DNA of 63,988 nt, the filler included, from Dimargaris cristalligena (lineage: Eukaryota), in the NCBI GenBank assembly GCA_003614675.1. It is 3 parts of 3 records of this genome, joined end to end, with 100 filler letters (N's around TTAATTAATTAA, not from the genome) between each part and the next. Parts side by side here need not be neighbours in the genome. Positions count along the whole stretch, not along the records: positions 22,183 to 44,263 come from ML002641.1; positions 44,364 to 63,988 come from ML002723.1; 1 more part is not named here. One strand, 5' to 3'. Made by a program: the position numbers and the translations under genes. The notes under the pieces were generated by a model. The model had not been told where the DNA came from. It ran no database searches and worked only from the letters and a program-made list of their open reading frames with translations. Below are positions 36,405 through 49,116 of the stretch, one piece after another (positions within the stretch are counted from its first letter, which is position 1; each line of letters opens with the position of its first letter).

Positions 36405-39400
36405 TTCTACTCATTCGGTTAGATTGAAAGAGGACAAGAAGATCGGCATGTCCCCGGAATGCCCAATTTGGTAAAATGTATATGGGGGGTACGGCTATGT
36501 TATATGTCTATAGATATATATATTTAAAATAGAGTAACGGTAGTCAAGTATAGAAAAATTGGATTTCTCTTTGGGTCATTGTGGGGGTGGGTCGATTTTT
36601 GACTGTCATTTTTTATGGGAATGCGCTGTATGGCCATTTGAAATACATTCTGGGTGTGTTTGCTAGGGCCATTCAGGGGGTTTGCCTCCTCAAAGTTTAG
36701 GAATGGGTTGCCTCCTAGGACTGCTCGACTATCATAGCCTACTGGCAAAGAGCTTATGGTATAGAATGCAAGCGAGGGGAATCGGGAGGTCGAGTGCACT
36801 CCTCATTCTTCTCTCTCTCTCTCTCCCTCAGCTCCTCTAACATGGCACCCTCATTCCCAATCCTCCGCTCAGTTTCTGAAATTATGTCAAAGGTTCTTTC
36901 GTCGGTATGTCTAGACGGCCTCCCCTCCGATAGCCACCAATAGTTGAACACAGTCCACTACATACGATCATCCATCACCCTGGAACACAAGGGCTGCTAT
37001 GATTGCCTGTTGTCCGTCTCCTGGACGGCCCCCACGTTGGTGTATGGCCAGAGCGGAAAACGAAAAAGAGCATCATCATTAAACCAATCATTCAGAAGGG
37101 CGCTGGTCAAACGGATAGACAGTACCTAAACTGACAATCCCTCCATCTTCTTAGCAATAATTCTATACAAGGACCCCGAGTGGGTTAGGCACTTCGGCTT
37201 TTTTAGTACACTTCTGTGGTCCAATGCGCCCTTTTTAGAGGCGGAAAAAAGGACAGAGAGGTATAGTTTAGGCTGGGTTCGGTGGTTAAACACGCGGAGT
37301 AAAACATGTCAATGGTGGGCCACGTCCAGGAAAGAGGGGAAAGAGGGAGAGGGAGTGTGTGTGTGGGGGGGGGGGGCATGCCTCACCTCATTGGCCCAAC
37401 CAGGCTGTAGCTGTCGCCCAACACGAAGGCGAGCCAGCTCGGTAACAGAGCCAAACCTTCCCCTCTGTTCCTTCATGATGTGGAATTATTGGAAAGGGGG
37501 AAACTATCGGAAATACCCCAACTGGTAGATGTCGCAGCATCGGTTAATCGCCAATGCTGGGATTTGGTCATAGCATACCTTTTCGTTTATTTGGGCCACA
37601 CTCCCACTCCTGTCTTTCTGGTCTACTGCCACGGTCCATCATCAACTAAAACCCCCCGACAATCCCTTTCAGCAAGTCTATCCCAAGTGGTGGAAGTCGG
37701 CGTAGCTTGGAACCGCCCTCAACAAGTGTATAGAGGCAATGATAAATCGGTGAAATGAAGAATGTCAGAGAAGATGCCCCACCGAGCCAAAGTCCATCCA
37801 CGAGCACGCCAGTGAATATACGTACGGGTGATAGCGGAAGAAATGGGCCAGATGGGTACTAAAAAAATAATTAAATAAGGGTCCAAAGGGTGGAGAGGGT
37901 GAATAATAATGAGACGGATGCTACTAGGCGGTTGTCTCGTCATGGTGAAGCCATACAGAAGGTTAGTGTTACCTCGAACAAGGTCATTCGCGGCCAGTTG
38001 CGCCCATATATTCCTTCTCCCCTCTCCGTATTCCCCCTACACCTGTTCTCTCGGTGGGCTTGGCTACCGCTGTGGCTGTTTTCATGCCTCTCCCGCGCAG
38101 CTCGATAATTTCGAAACCGCCCTTATTTTTATTTTCTTTTAAATAAAAACCGAAACAGCAAAACATCGGGCAATATGGTATGGGCGAGAGTGAGGGAATA
38201 TACTGGTGCCCATGATCGGTTAAGCGCGCCTGCTCATATGGGAGGCCCCCCAGTCAGTGTAATGTATGTATGTGAATAAGTGTGGATGCAGCCGCGTTCC
38301 TTAATCCACACTGCTGAGGCTAGAAAGAAGTCAAGTCGATCACACTCCGCTGGCCAAACGATAACAACTACTGCCCACATAGCCAATGGTTTTTGGCTGG
38401 GGACCTTAACCACTAAATGGGGAAAAACACTCCCATGGATGATATAGTAGTATCTTTTTTAAATTATCGCTTCCCGTATATTATAGTATGGCTCCCATGA
38501 CGTACACTTATATACGCCGGTTAGAATCGACACATGTAGTATACGAATAAACCAAAAGCTCCATTGCATTATACTGACCCGCCAATGGTCAACCGTTTCT
38601 TTCATTTTTGGCCCTTCGGCATTTTTGCGCCATTATCCTCGCCTCCAATCTTCCTTGGCCTCCCCAATGGAAAACTACTCTGTAGTCAACAAATTGTGAG
38701 TGGAGCGGGCCTTTAAATACCTCCTGGTTCCGCTCGCCCCCCCTTTGAGCAGGCCTTGTCCTTCTGTGCGCTTACTACACCTCCAACTACCATTTATCCA
38801 CCAGTCGACTATATATCCATATATTCCCTTCCTCTCCTTTTTATACACCATTCTGACCGTCTGCTGTGCCTCCTTTATACCCTCCCCCGCACGAACATAC
38901 ACACACACATACTCTCTCTCTTTCTCTCTCACTCCCGCAAATATATATACATATAGATACAGCAACCCCTCACTAAGGCCATCTCAGCGTGTCCCACTGC
39001 TCACAAAGACTCCTTAGGCGCGACCCTTGACATTTTGGACCCACACAGCACTCACCGCCCACCCCCCTTGGATTACGGGCCCCTGGCGTGTGGATTCCAA
39101 CCCAAACAGACGCCCTTTCCTTCTCCCCCTGCCCCATTGACGTTATTGGCTTGCCTGCACTGGATTTCATTTCACCAGCACACTGAGCGAGTCCCATACT
39201 CTATACTACCATTATTAATACGGTCCTATAAAATTAAGCCTGCCCCGGCCCACTCCCTCATTGCCCTTTGCCTCCCCTTACCTTACCTTCGCTTACCCGT
39301 CACCGTGCTCGTAATTATCTTTATTTGGCGCCATTAATTCGCTTCGGCTTTTACTTGCGCCAGTTCCCGTTCCGTCAACGTACCTCTCTTTCTTTCTCTT

Positions 39401-40010
39401 GTTCGCTCTTAATTGTTGATGTACCTGGGCTCTTTGTTTAGTTCCAGTATCTTCATTATATTGCACCAGCTGCCACCTTGACTTTCCAAGCCCGATTGGT
39501 ATCGTTGACGATACTCATGGTGTGTGTAGAACTGTTAACGCCCTGTCCCCAACTATAAAACACGACCTTGCTGCGTAGCTTCCCACACCTTCACTTCTCT
39601 CTAACTTTTCGGCTCCGCTTCTCACTTCCTTGAAAGTTATCAGAGCGGCAACGAACCTCGGGTTGACGTCTCACTCTCTCTCCTTCTCTCTTCAAATAAC
39701 TATAGGATACCCTATTGAACACCCATATTCCTCGCTTTCGTTTTGGCTCTGGAGCCCACCGTAACGACCCTTTGTATTCCCAGCGACTTCTTTCAATATA
39801 TATATAATATTACGTCCCTTTTTGATTTTATTTCTCCAAATAATCGACTAATATTTTCACTGTTTTGGATTAGCTTTGGGCCCTAACCGCTAATACCTCC
39901 ACTTCTATTTAGCCTAGGCACCCTTATCAAAATCCACGACGCCCCCTCTCCCACCACTCGTGCCCCGCTTCCACATACCTCCTCCCCTATCCTATTTCCC
40001 TGTGCCCACT

Positions 40011-41033
40011 ATGAAAGCCACCTGTGCAACCACTACGTCTGTCCTACTATTGGCCCTTTTGGCCCTCTCCTCGTCGGCCTCGCCGTTACCCTCGGTCACT
40101 AGCCAGACCCCCGCCGGGGCTCTCGTGCACAGCGGTGCCCTCCACCGCCGGGGCTTCCAATCCTCTATCCGTGATTTCTTCAGCCCTTCCAAGTCCGAGG
40201 AAAAGGTCGCTGTTGAAGACGAAGAAGAATCGAACGCCGCTCCCGAAAGTCCCAAGGTGGTCGCTCGAGCGGATACCAACGACACGTCCAGCTCCGACAG
40301 TGACAGCAATAGTAGCAGCAGTAACAGCAATAATTTATCGTCGTCCGATACTAAATCTGACAGTAAAGCCCCTACCAGCGATACCAAGGACACAAGTAAA
40401 AACACGAGCACGGATACTAGCAAGGACCCAACGAGCAAGGATACTACTAGCAAGGACACTTCCAGTAGCAGCAGCCCCTCCAAGCCTACTTCCACCAACG
40501 ACAGTAAGCCCTCCACTCCGACGCCAAGCTCGAGTAACAGCAATGGCAAGTCCACCACCAAGACAGAGAACAAGGACACTACCAAAGACACTTCCAATTC
40601 CAACTCAAGTTCCGACGAACCCGAGGTTGAAGTCGTGACCCATACCGAAACCCAGGCTGCCCCTTCTAATTCCGATTCCCCGACCTCCCCCTCCGAAAAC
40701 AGCAATAGCAACAGCAACAGCGGTAATGGTAGCCAGAGTAACAGCAGCTCTTCTGCGAATAATAAGGACAGCGGGTCCGAAAAGAGTGAAGGTACTTCCG
40801 GCGCTATCATTGCCGCCGCCGTGATCGGGTCCATTGGTGGGGTTCTGATTATCATCGCCACTGTGGTCATGCTCCGCCGTCGTAAATCCCGCAACCGTTT
40901 CACCGACGACGACTTCTTCTACCATACTAAAGAACCCATGGGGGCCGTCGGGGCTGGTCCTGGCCTATCCTCCCCCACCGCCGCCTACGATCCGTTCAAG
41001 AATACCCTGAATCAATACCACCGCGGAATGTAA
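40011..41033 (+). CDS. Mid2/mucin-like single-pass cell-surface protein, 340 aa
   Basis: Signal peptide (MKATCATTTSVLLLALLALSSSASP), dibasic HRR site, Ser/Thr-rich ectodomain, transmembrane segment AIIAAAVIGSIGGVLIIIATVVML, stop-transfer RRRK and a short Tyr-containing tail. Confidence 0.8.
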   Translation: MKATCATTTSVLLLALLALSSSASPLPSVTSQTPAGALVHSGALHRRGFQSSIRDFFSPSKSEEKVAVEDEEESNAAPESPKVVARADTNDTSSSDSDSNSSSSNSNNLSSSDTKSDSKAPTSDTKDTSKNTSTDTSKDPTSKDTTSKDTSSSSSPSKPTSTNDSKPSTPTPSSSNSNGKSTTKTENKDTTKDTSNSNSSSDEPEVEVVTHTETQAAPSNSDSPTSPSENSNSNSNSGNGSQSNSSSSANNKDSGSEKSEGTSGAIIAAAVIGSIGGVLIIIATVVMLRRRKSRNRFTDDDFFYHTKEPMGAVGAGPGLSSPTAAYDPFKNTLNQYHRGM

Positions 41034-44000
41034 AAATACGACCATCACCTAGCGACCCTCTTTTTTCTTATTTCTCTTTCTTTCTATTTAATAATAATAT
41101 AGGATGTTACCATTATATTATCATTGATATTATTGTTACTACCATTATTATTATTATTATTATCATTAATATTATTAGAGTTATACGGATAGGGGTGGGT
41201 AAGGGTGACTGACCCAACTGCCCATCGGAATCATAGGGCGGTGGAGGAGGAGTACGTTACTAACTTCCACGAACGTGATGGAATGGTACTAATGAAGCCG
41301 GCTACTCTTTTACCTGATTATTCCAGTCATGTACCAATTCCATATTTATTTACTTTTTTACACCAATATTGGGCCCTCCTCCACCCTCTTCTTTGGTATC
41401 TTGCCAATGTATCTTTAATTGCCCCAGATGCCCAAATTCCACCCGCTCTTTGATTCTGCCTCCTCTACTTATCCTCCCAACCATTATTCAAAACCTTCGC
41501 CGATTTCACCCTTCTTCTGCTTTACGACCATCTGTCCTTTTTTTTTTGATTCTCTCCCTCCATCTGTTTCTATATATATTAATGTGACTTCTATTACCAC
41601 ACCCAACGGGCCACTCTACTTTTCAAATTACGACTCAAAATGAATAAATCCATGATTTTAAACACTGCAGTACTTACCAGCTCTTGACCCCTCCCTATAA
41701 TATTCCACCCAAAATTCTCGGGTTAGGTGGAATATAGGTGCTAGAGACCCACCATGTATGGCATTCTTCGAATGATCTTGCTCTTCTGGCCACCCGCAAC
41801 TCACCCAATGTCCGTGTAACTATTCTGTACGCTCGCCTATTGTCTGTGGAAATACCTTTCACCCGCAAACAAGTGATCTGGTTGGATGGGGATGATGCCT
41901 TGCCATTCACGGGTATTTTTAGTACCACATACACCAGCGTTTCCTTGGGCCATTTAACCCTTGAGAAGGGTGGTGCAGACCGACAATTGTGAAAAACATA
42001 TGAGCGAGTGCAAAATGACCTAAAACAAGGGTACGGGTGTGAAAGGGCAAAGTGTAGTGAATACAACAAGACTAAAGGGAAAGGGCGAAATCCTTGAAAA
42101 GGTTGCCCAGATACAGTTAGTAGGGATTAGTTATGGTATTGGCTAGAACATAACCTCTCTCCCTCCCCACTTTTTACTAGATAACTGTGTACCAATACCT
42201 TTTTTTATATACTTTTATATTGTATGAACATTAGTGGTATTGTTATTATTTCCAGTCCACCGTGTTTAAATATCAAATGCTTGTCCTACCCATTCTCCGC
42301 CAAGTCTTAATGATACATCTGTAAATATAATGTTCTCGAATAGTGGACCTGAACCAACAGCTTAGCAATAGATGTACGCTGATACCAATCCGGACATAGC
42401 TATGCTGATAATGATGGTTTTGGTTTCGTGGATGTTTAACTCAACAATTTACACCCCTAATTATACGATTGCTTTGGACGATAGGAGAAGTAATGGTGCA
42501 TGTTAGTAGATATATAAAAACGAAAAATATATGTTACTTGTGTGTGTGTGTGAAAAAGGATACTTGCTAGCTGGCAATTGGCCACCTTTTGAGATCCTAT
42601 ATTTAGTTTTCCAACGACGTCTTCACGCATTGGGTTGGCGCACTTGTTGTACCCCCCACTTCGCCCCTCTTCATTTTCCGCCCTCTCTCCAACCTGGCCA
42701 GAGCTGTTCCCACAGCTACACTAATATACCGTAATTCCATAGTCAATGATATCCACCGATAACTGTGCATGGCCATGTAGGTTCTTGCCAAGGAAATTTA
42801 CAGAATCAAAAATACAAAGTTAACGGGAACGATAGACCGCTTAGTGAGATCATTCATTTGTCGGCTTATAGTTACAGGGGCTTCGGTTTTCCTCAAATAC
42901 GCGGGGAAAGCATGTTACAGTATGTTGAAGATCTGGTTAGGAGAATAAATCGCCAATCCTAATCGGGAGGTCGGAGTAGAGACAATTATCATCTTTTCTA
43001 CCCCATAGTGTGAGACATTAATTATGTCGGGAAATACTATTACTCACCGATTAACCTATTCAGTACTAGCATATGGGTGACTCGAGCGGACGATGAGGTG
43101 GATGGGGCCACAATTAAAGAACTCAAAACGGAAATATAATTAGCTCATTGATTTTTATTTACTATTAGGTCAGCGGCGTTGATGGTATACTGGCCCTCGA
43201 TCATCTTTCCTTAGTTGGTAGTATGGTAAGCAAATCTGCGTAATACTATAGTCCCATTCGAGAAAAAAAAGCCGCAGCGCACTTTTATTAACTATGAATC
43301 TCCAATGGGGTATGCGTATGGAGTGACTTGGAAGCAGAGATATGAACAAAGCCGGGGTTTGCGGATCTACAATGGAGCAAATGCGGATATTTCGGCAAGC
43401 GAAGACAGCAGCATAATCCAAGTACTTTCAAGATTATCGCACAAGATTAAATAAATAAGTCTGCCTAAATATATATATGGATTAAACTGGTCATGCGGTA
43501 GGTCCATAATATTACAGTTTCTGGCATACTGTTAATCTGATGGACCATTACCTCCTTTGGTGATAGTGAATACATTCAAAATGTGGAAAGTAAAGAAGGT
43601 GCACCTCTATTAGGACATATATGACAACATGGCCGGTTAAACAATAACCTGCATTCTATGCAGTGTATGGCCAAACGAAAAGCCGTCTATGGAGCTATTT
43701 TGCCAATCGGGGTTAGGAGTTTCAAATATTTAAAAATCAATACCTAGATGTGTGCCGGGGAATACAGCTGATCCTTTGAAGTACATTGCATTACTCTTCC
43801 CTTTTATTATGAATTCACCCTCCCCTCCTAAACCATTTAAATGTACCAGGGTGAACATCTTTGTTGGATTGGGTTTTAGGTTCATTAATGTTTTCATTAA
43901 TTCTAAATGTTGGGAGTATGTGCTGTATGAGTACCTATAAGAGTCTGATGGTGGCCTTAGAGGCCCAGTGACAGCTATGCACAAACACGGTAATGACTAC

Positions 44001-44068
44001 TTTTAGGTTTTCAGCAATTATAATTTATAAATTAAACTGTATAAATTCTAATTCCTTTAAAACTTTTC

Positions 44069-44186
44069 AGTTGTGGCCATATGTCGGCTTCTGCTCCGTA
44101 TCCCGTTAGATCTGCGAATATAAGCTCCGGTCAGTTGATTTAGTACTGAGGTGGGTGACCACTTGGGAATAGTCAATGCTACAACT
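44069..44186 (+). rRNA. 5S rRNA gene (dispersed copy)
   Basis: 118 nt with terminal helix AGTTGTGGC/GCTACAACT and conserved motifs GGCCATA, TCCCGT..GATCTGCGAA..TAAGC, TTAGTACT, TGGGTGACCAC..GGGAA. Ends in a T-run (Pol III terminator). Confidence 0.9.
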
Positions 44187-44211
44187 TTTTAAATATTTTA
44201 ATTTTACTATA

Positions 44212-44263
44212 TGGGTAAAGTTCAACCCGACTATATAGGGTAAAATCCATATAAGGGGGCCAC
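44212..44263. mobile_element. MITE family copy E, inverted and truncated at the contig end
   Basis: TA|TGGGTAAAGTTCAACCCGACTATATA followed by AAAATCCAT..GGCCA, the reverse complement of the family's right arm. Confidence 0.65.
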
Positions 44264-44363
44264 NNNNNNNNNNNNNNNNNNNNNNNNNNNNNNNNNNNNN
44301 NNNNNNNTTAATTAATTAANNNNNNNNNNNNNNNNNNNNNNNNNNNNNNNNNNNNNNNNNNNN
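44264..44363. other. Artificial contig linker (N44-TTAATTAATTAA-N44)
   Basis: Same cassette as 22083-22182; it truncates the clathrin gene. Confidence 0.97.
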
Positions 44364-47020
44364 AAGTGAGGAGGGTACGGATGACCGACTCGTCGCAGTC
44401 CACATCCAGGAGAGCGCCGATAACTTCGGGGGTCCGGGCCGGGTTCACGCGCTGAACGTAAACCTCAATGGACTGCATTTGGTTCTGCTTGTATAGGAAC
44501 ATCACTAAGTCTTGGATAAAACCGAAGCGATCGCAGACGGTAATGAGGGGCAGGGGGTCAGGTAGGTTGGTCTCCTTGAGGAAATTCTTGACCTTTTCCC
44601 CGTCGTAGTGGTGGTTCTCGCGACACACCCGCTCAACCTCCTTGTACTGACCGGCGTGGCAGGCGGCCTGGATGTACTTGAAAATGACAGCATGATCATC
44701 AGCCAGGTTGACGATAGAACCCAGGTAATAGTAGAGCCCTTCGTAGCACTTGAACGACTCGAACATTTCAATCAAGCGAGCTGGCGTCAGCTGCTCTGAG
44801 TATTTGGTGGCGATTTGAATAACCACTTGCAGATTCTGGCGCATGTTACGGGCCAGCATTTCACGCAGGCACTCCAGCGATTGGTCGACAGACAATTGGC
44901 CAAAGAATCCCACCAGCCACTCGGAGTTGAGGTTGGGGCTCTGTACCAACAAGCGTTTGATATCCGCAGTATCCTCGGCCAACTCTAGGGCCCGCTGGGT
45001 CAGACCGGCCTTCTCGCACAAGGAAGCAATATAAGAATGATCAAAGTGGGTGAACATTTGGTTACCCAAGATGGCGTCGGCCACCTGTGGGGCGTGTAGC
45101 AGATTAATCTCCAGCAGCTTGGTTTGCAGGTGGGCCTGATCCTCGCGGTTGTCCTTGAGAGCGTCCAATAGGAAGGACGTGGCCTGGGGAATAGCGTTCT
45201 GGCTCAGAAAAATATCGACGGTAGGCTCCAGTTGAATTAGCGGGCCCTGTTCGTCGTTCACCAGAGCGTTGGCTAGTTCGGCGGCACGGTCGGGGTTCGA
45301 CCGCACTACGAACTGTAGCAGCGGCACCCAATCGGGTTGGTAACCCACCTTCTTGGCGTAAAGAAGGATCTTGTCGAACTGGCCGGTTTCGGCAAAGCAC
45401 TGCACCACCTTGACGGGAACGTTGGCGCGTAGGTACACCGAAAGGGCCAGTGTGAGGTCATGGGGGCGAACGATATCGCCCAATTCCTCGCTACACTCCA
45501 GTTTGTCCTCCTTGAGCCATTTCTCGAGCAGCTGCTTACGGTTCTGGGCCAGAACGGGCTTGGCCAGCTCGATGGACTCGTACTTGTTGAGCACGCCCCG
45601 CTCGAGCAAGGTACCGAAGTACTGCAGAATGGGCGAGAGTTGGCCCTGGACCACGGGCACCTGCTTAAAGCCTTCGATGGTCTGCGGGGTGCGCAGAATA
45701 CCGTTGGGGGAATTGGCGGCCAACTTGGCGGCCTCGGTGTACTGGCCTGAACTAAACAGTTGCTGGAAACGCTGTACATACAGATCATCGGCCCCGGGTA
45801 AATTGGCCCGACTGGCCAGCTTAAAGGCGGTCTCGATATGGGTGGGTCCCAGAGACAAGAGATAGGGCACCATGTGCTGTTCGTCAACGGAGACGGAGAG
45901 GACCTGCCCCTTGCGGTTGACGCCGATGATTCCGCTGGTGTCCTGGTGGGGGGCCGTGACAAAAACAGTTTCACCGCTGATGCGGTTGGAGTAAATGAAC
46001 GCGCCGGTTTCTAGCTCGTAAAGGTGCACAAAGCCGTACTTGGTGACCACGTACACCACCCCGTACTTGGGGCCGACCTGCATGGCAACGGGAAAGTCAT
46101 TGACAGCCTCGGCTGGGAAGGAGAGGGGCACGGTTTTCTTGGTAAAGGCAGGATTTCCCTCCTTATGGTCAATCTCCACCACATGTAGCTTGGCGGAATC
46201 GGCGGTGCGGACACTAAAAGTAAACAGGCTGGTGGGCTGGTTGCCGCCCTCCAACTGCACCTCGGCAAAAGCGGCGGCGTGACCCTCAATAAACTGACTG
46301 AGGTTGCGCTCCTTGGAGAAGAGCTGCATGCCACCCACTACTCGACCGCCCTGGGCCGAAATTCCGACTAGAACCATCCAAGAAGCAGCCGCGTTGACCC
46401 GGTAGCTGATGATCTGGGCGCCGTTGAGACTGGCGTGGCGGTCGAACACCTTGACTGGGCCGGAGGTACCCTCTATGGACCAGTGGAAGACGGCAGTGTC
46501 GGTCACAATGCCCAAATCAAAGTCGGAAAACCAGGTCCAATAGCGCACTTCCTCATTCATTACATAGGACTTGACCTTGGCCTTAAGTTCCAGGTTAAAC
46601 ACCTGCAGCTGGCGGGCCGATTTGAGGGCAATGATGTTAGAGGTGGGGTTCATGATGGCTGAATCAGCGGTAATGGGCCGCCGCATGAAATTATTGATGT
46701 TGGCCAAATCCACAATGGCGACGGTATTTTGCTCATTGACCTTTTCACGCACACAAATATACTTGTCGGACTGCATGGTGAGGTTATTGAAACTCATACT
46801 ATCGCTGCTAATGCCAAGCGATGTGAGCTGTTTGGGGTGGTAAGCGGACATGATGACAAATACAGGCAGTTGGGGGTATTGGTGAGTGTGGCTAGAAACC
46901 TAGGATCGGTTGGAGAGTACGCGCGACGGCTTGGTCAGCGTGCTGGAGGCGGGTTTAGCTCATGCCAAAGAGACTTACCTGGAGGTGCTCCTGAAAGCGG
47001 ATGGGCAAGGAGCCAGCCAT
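44364..47020 (-). CDS. CHC1: Clathrin heavy chain, N-terminal ~830 aa, 3'-truncated by the contig end; exons 47020-46979, 46827-44364
   Basis: [71 protein letters not shown] are diagnostic clathrin motifs. GTAAGT..CAG intron. Confidence 0.97.
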
Positions 47021-49116
47021 GGTGACAGATGAACACGGAACGGACAAGACGAGTAAAACACAGAGGGGCTCGAGAGAAAAGAAAGTGAACAACAGAAACT
47101 GAAAGGGATGAAGGTAAAGAAAGAGAAGGTAGAATTTAAGTGCCAGATGATGGAACAGGTGGAGCGAGTGAGAAGGTATTAGATTGTAACCGGGATGGCG
47201 TAAGACAGTGGTCTTAAGGTCCGTCATACAGTAGGGGCGGCTCAGACCAAAGGGGGTCTTGGCCTGAATTCCTATTGTTATGTGGCTAGTATTAACAAAC
47301 CCCAGCTCATCTTAAGGCGGGCCGAGGTCGAAGGCCCCATCATTTGCCTTCACACCGACTCGTTCACCTTTTGGGGAATCCATAACTTCTGTGCAAATTA
47401 CCCGCACCCCCCCTACCATTTGCTAATAGCGGGCTTTGGAATCTCCACCCCGCTGTCCATAGTATGTGTATTACTGGCCGGTTGAAATGGCAAAAAGGGT
47501 AGACAAGCCTATAGTAGTTGATTTGCTGCAAAAGTCGGATAGACGACAAACTACACCTTGGAACAAGCCGAGAAATCCATCACAGCTAAGAGGTAAAAGA
47601 ATAATCGTGCAAATTTTATTAGATAAAAATGGCCACGGACAACTACCCTGAGGATCAAATGCAATAATATATGAAGGGAAATGATCGTACTGGGGCATAT
47701 TCACCTTTAGCAGTCTGGACCAAAGGACCATTATTATGCACCTGGTACAAACGATAGCCAATAGTGGACTACATAGCTAATAACGGCTTTAGTTCAATAT
47801 GTAATTACAGACATGTCTGTGTGTCTTGCCTTACTATATATAAAGTGATATTGCAAGTAACCGTAAGGTGTTACCCCAATTTAGGCACCACGCCTATAAC
47901 AAATACGTAAGAATCGAAAAACTGGGATTTCCAATTCGGGTTATTACATGGGAACTGGTAATATTATATCTGCTGTTCACAATTCCAATACCAAATCAGA
48001 GTTCATACGGCCAGGCTTCCAAAGAATTTATTAGGGGTTGTTGTTGTGGTGAATTAGGAACCCATTACATTACCTCCCAGGTAACCAGTAAAGTCAGGCT
48101 TCTTAAATGGTCCTTTTATTTACGAGGTCTAACTTGGACCATGTTTGATCAAAATTACCCCCCATTTATCCAAATAAGCCCTACTATACCCTTCATATTG
48201 ATAGCAAGTGAGCACCCGGTATCATTTATGGTTATTCCCCGTACTTATTGAGTAGTATTGTATTTGAGAGTACTCGCGATGCTATACCTTTTAGAAGCCC
48301 ACCTGTGTGGACTCTTGGTTAATTACGAATAGTAAACCACTGCCATGGTATATGAGCGTGATTCAATAGGGCTGTGTAATGGATTCTCTTTGACGAGGCA
48401 GGGTTGACTGGTTACAATGAAAGTTGCTGACTATTTTCCCGTATACAATATCCATAAACATCGGATGAGCGGGTTCCTTGATGTCAGACCATATTGCTAA
48501 GGCAGCGAGCAGAACCAGAAGCACGGTGAATGATGAAGCAACCAACCACCAAATACGAACCAAAGGGTGGGGCTTCTACCTGAAAATACAATATAGCGGG
48601 TAGGCTGCCACCCATCTAACTAATTACCCAGTGAGGTCCTAAATTTGTGCACCACTGGCTCTCGTCAGCCAGGATTGACCCTTAACCGGCAAATACATCG
48701 TTAACAACAGTCTTGGTCCTCGCTTTCTTTTTTAACGTCTAAGGTATTCATCACCAACAACTACCCGGCACTAGAGTTTATGTACTACGGATGTTATAAT
48801 CGGCAATCTCTTTATTTTTTTATCATTCCACCTGTTGGGGCTCACTGGAACGGTGTTATTGAACCTCCCCCACCATCTTGCTCGCCTGTATTAATAGTAC
48901 CTGGTCGCCATAAACAACTAATCCCAATCAAATCAATAGAGTATATGTTTACCCAAGTTACTTCCAAGCAATAACCAGACATGTACTTACTGTAGTACAT
49001 GTTTCCTCCGACTCGACATTCGACATTCGCCAGTCGCCTGATCCTGCATATCTGTCCATTCAAATTGTATTTGAGTCACATATAACCCGTTTATAATTAA
49101 TTGCCGGGGAGCGGAT

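Noticed and set aside
39992..40903. 303-aa Leu/Val-rich antisense ORF
   Set aside because: Shadow of the Ser/Thr-rich Mid2-like coding strand.
42555..42563. GTATCCTTT on the minus strand (also ATATCCTTT at 29841 on the plus strand), matching U12 intron donors
   Set aside because: Not within a supported gene, and no U12 branch site found.
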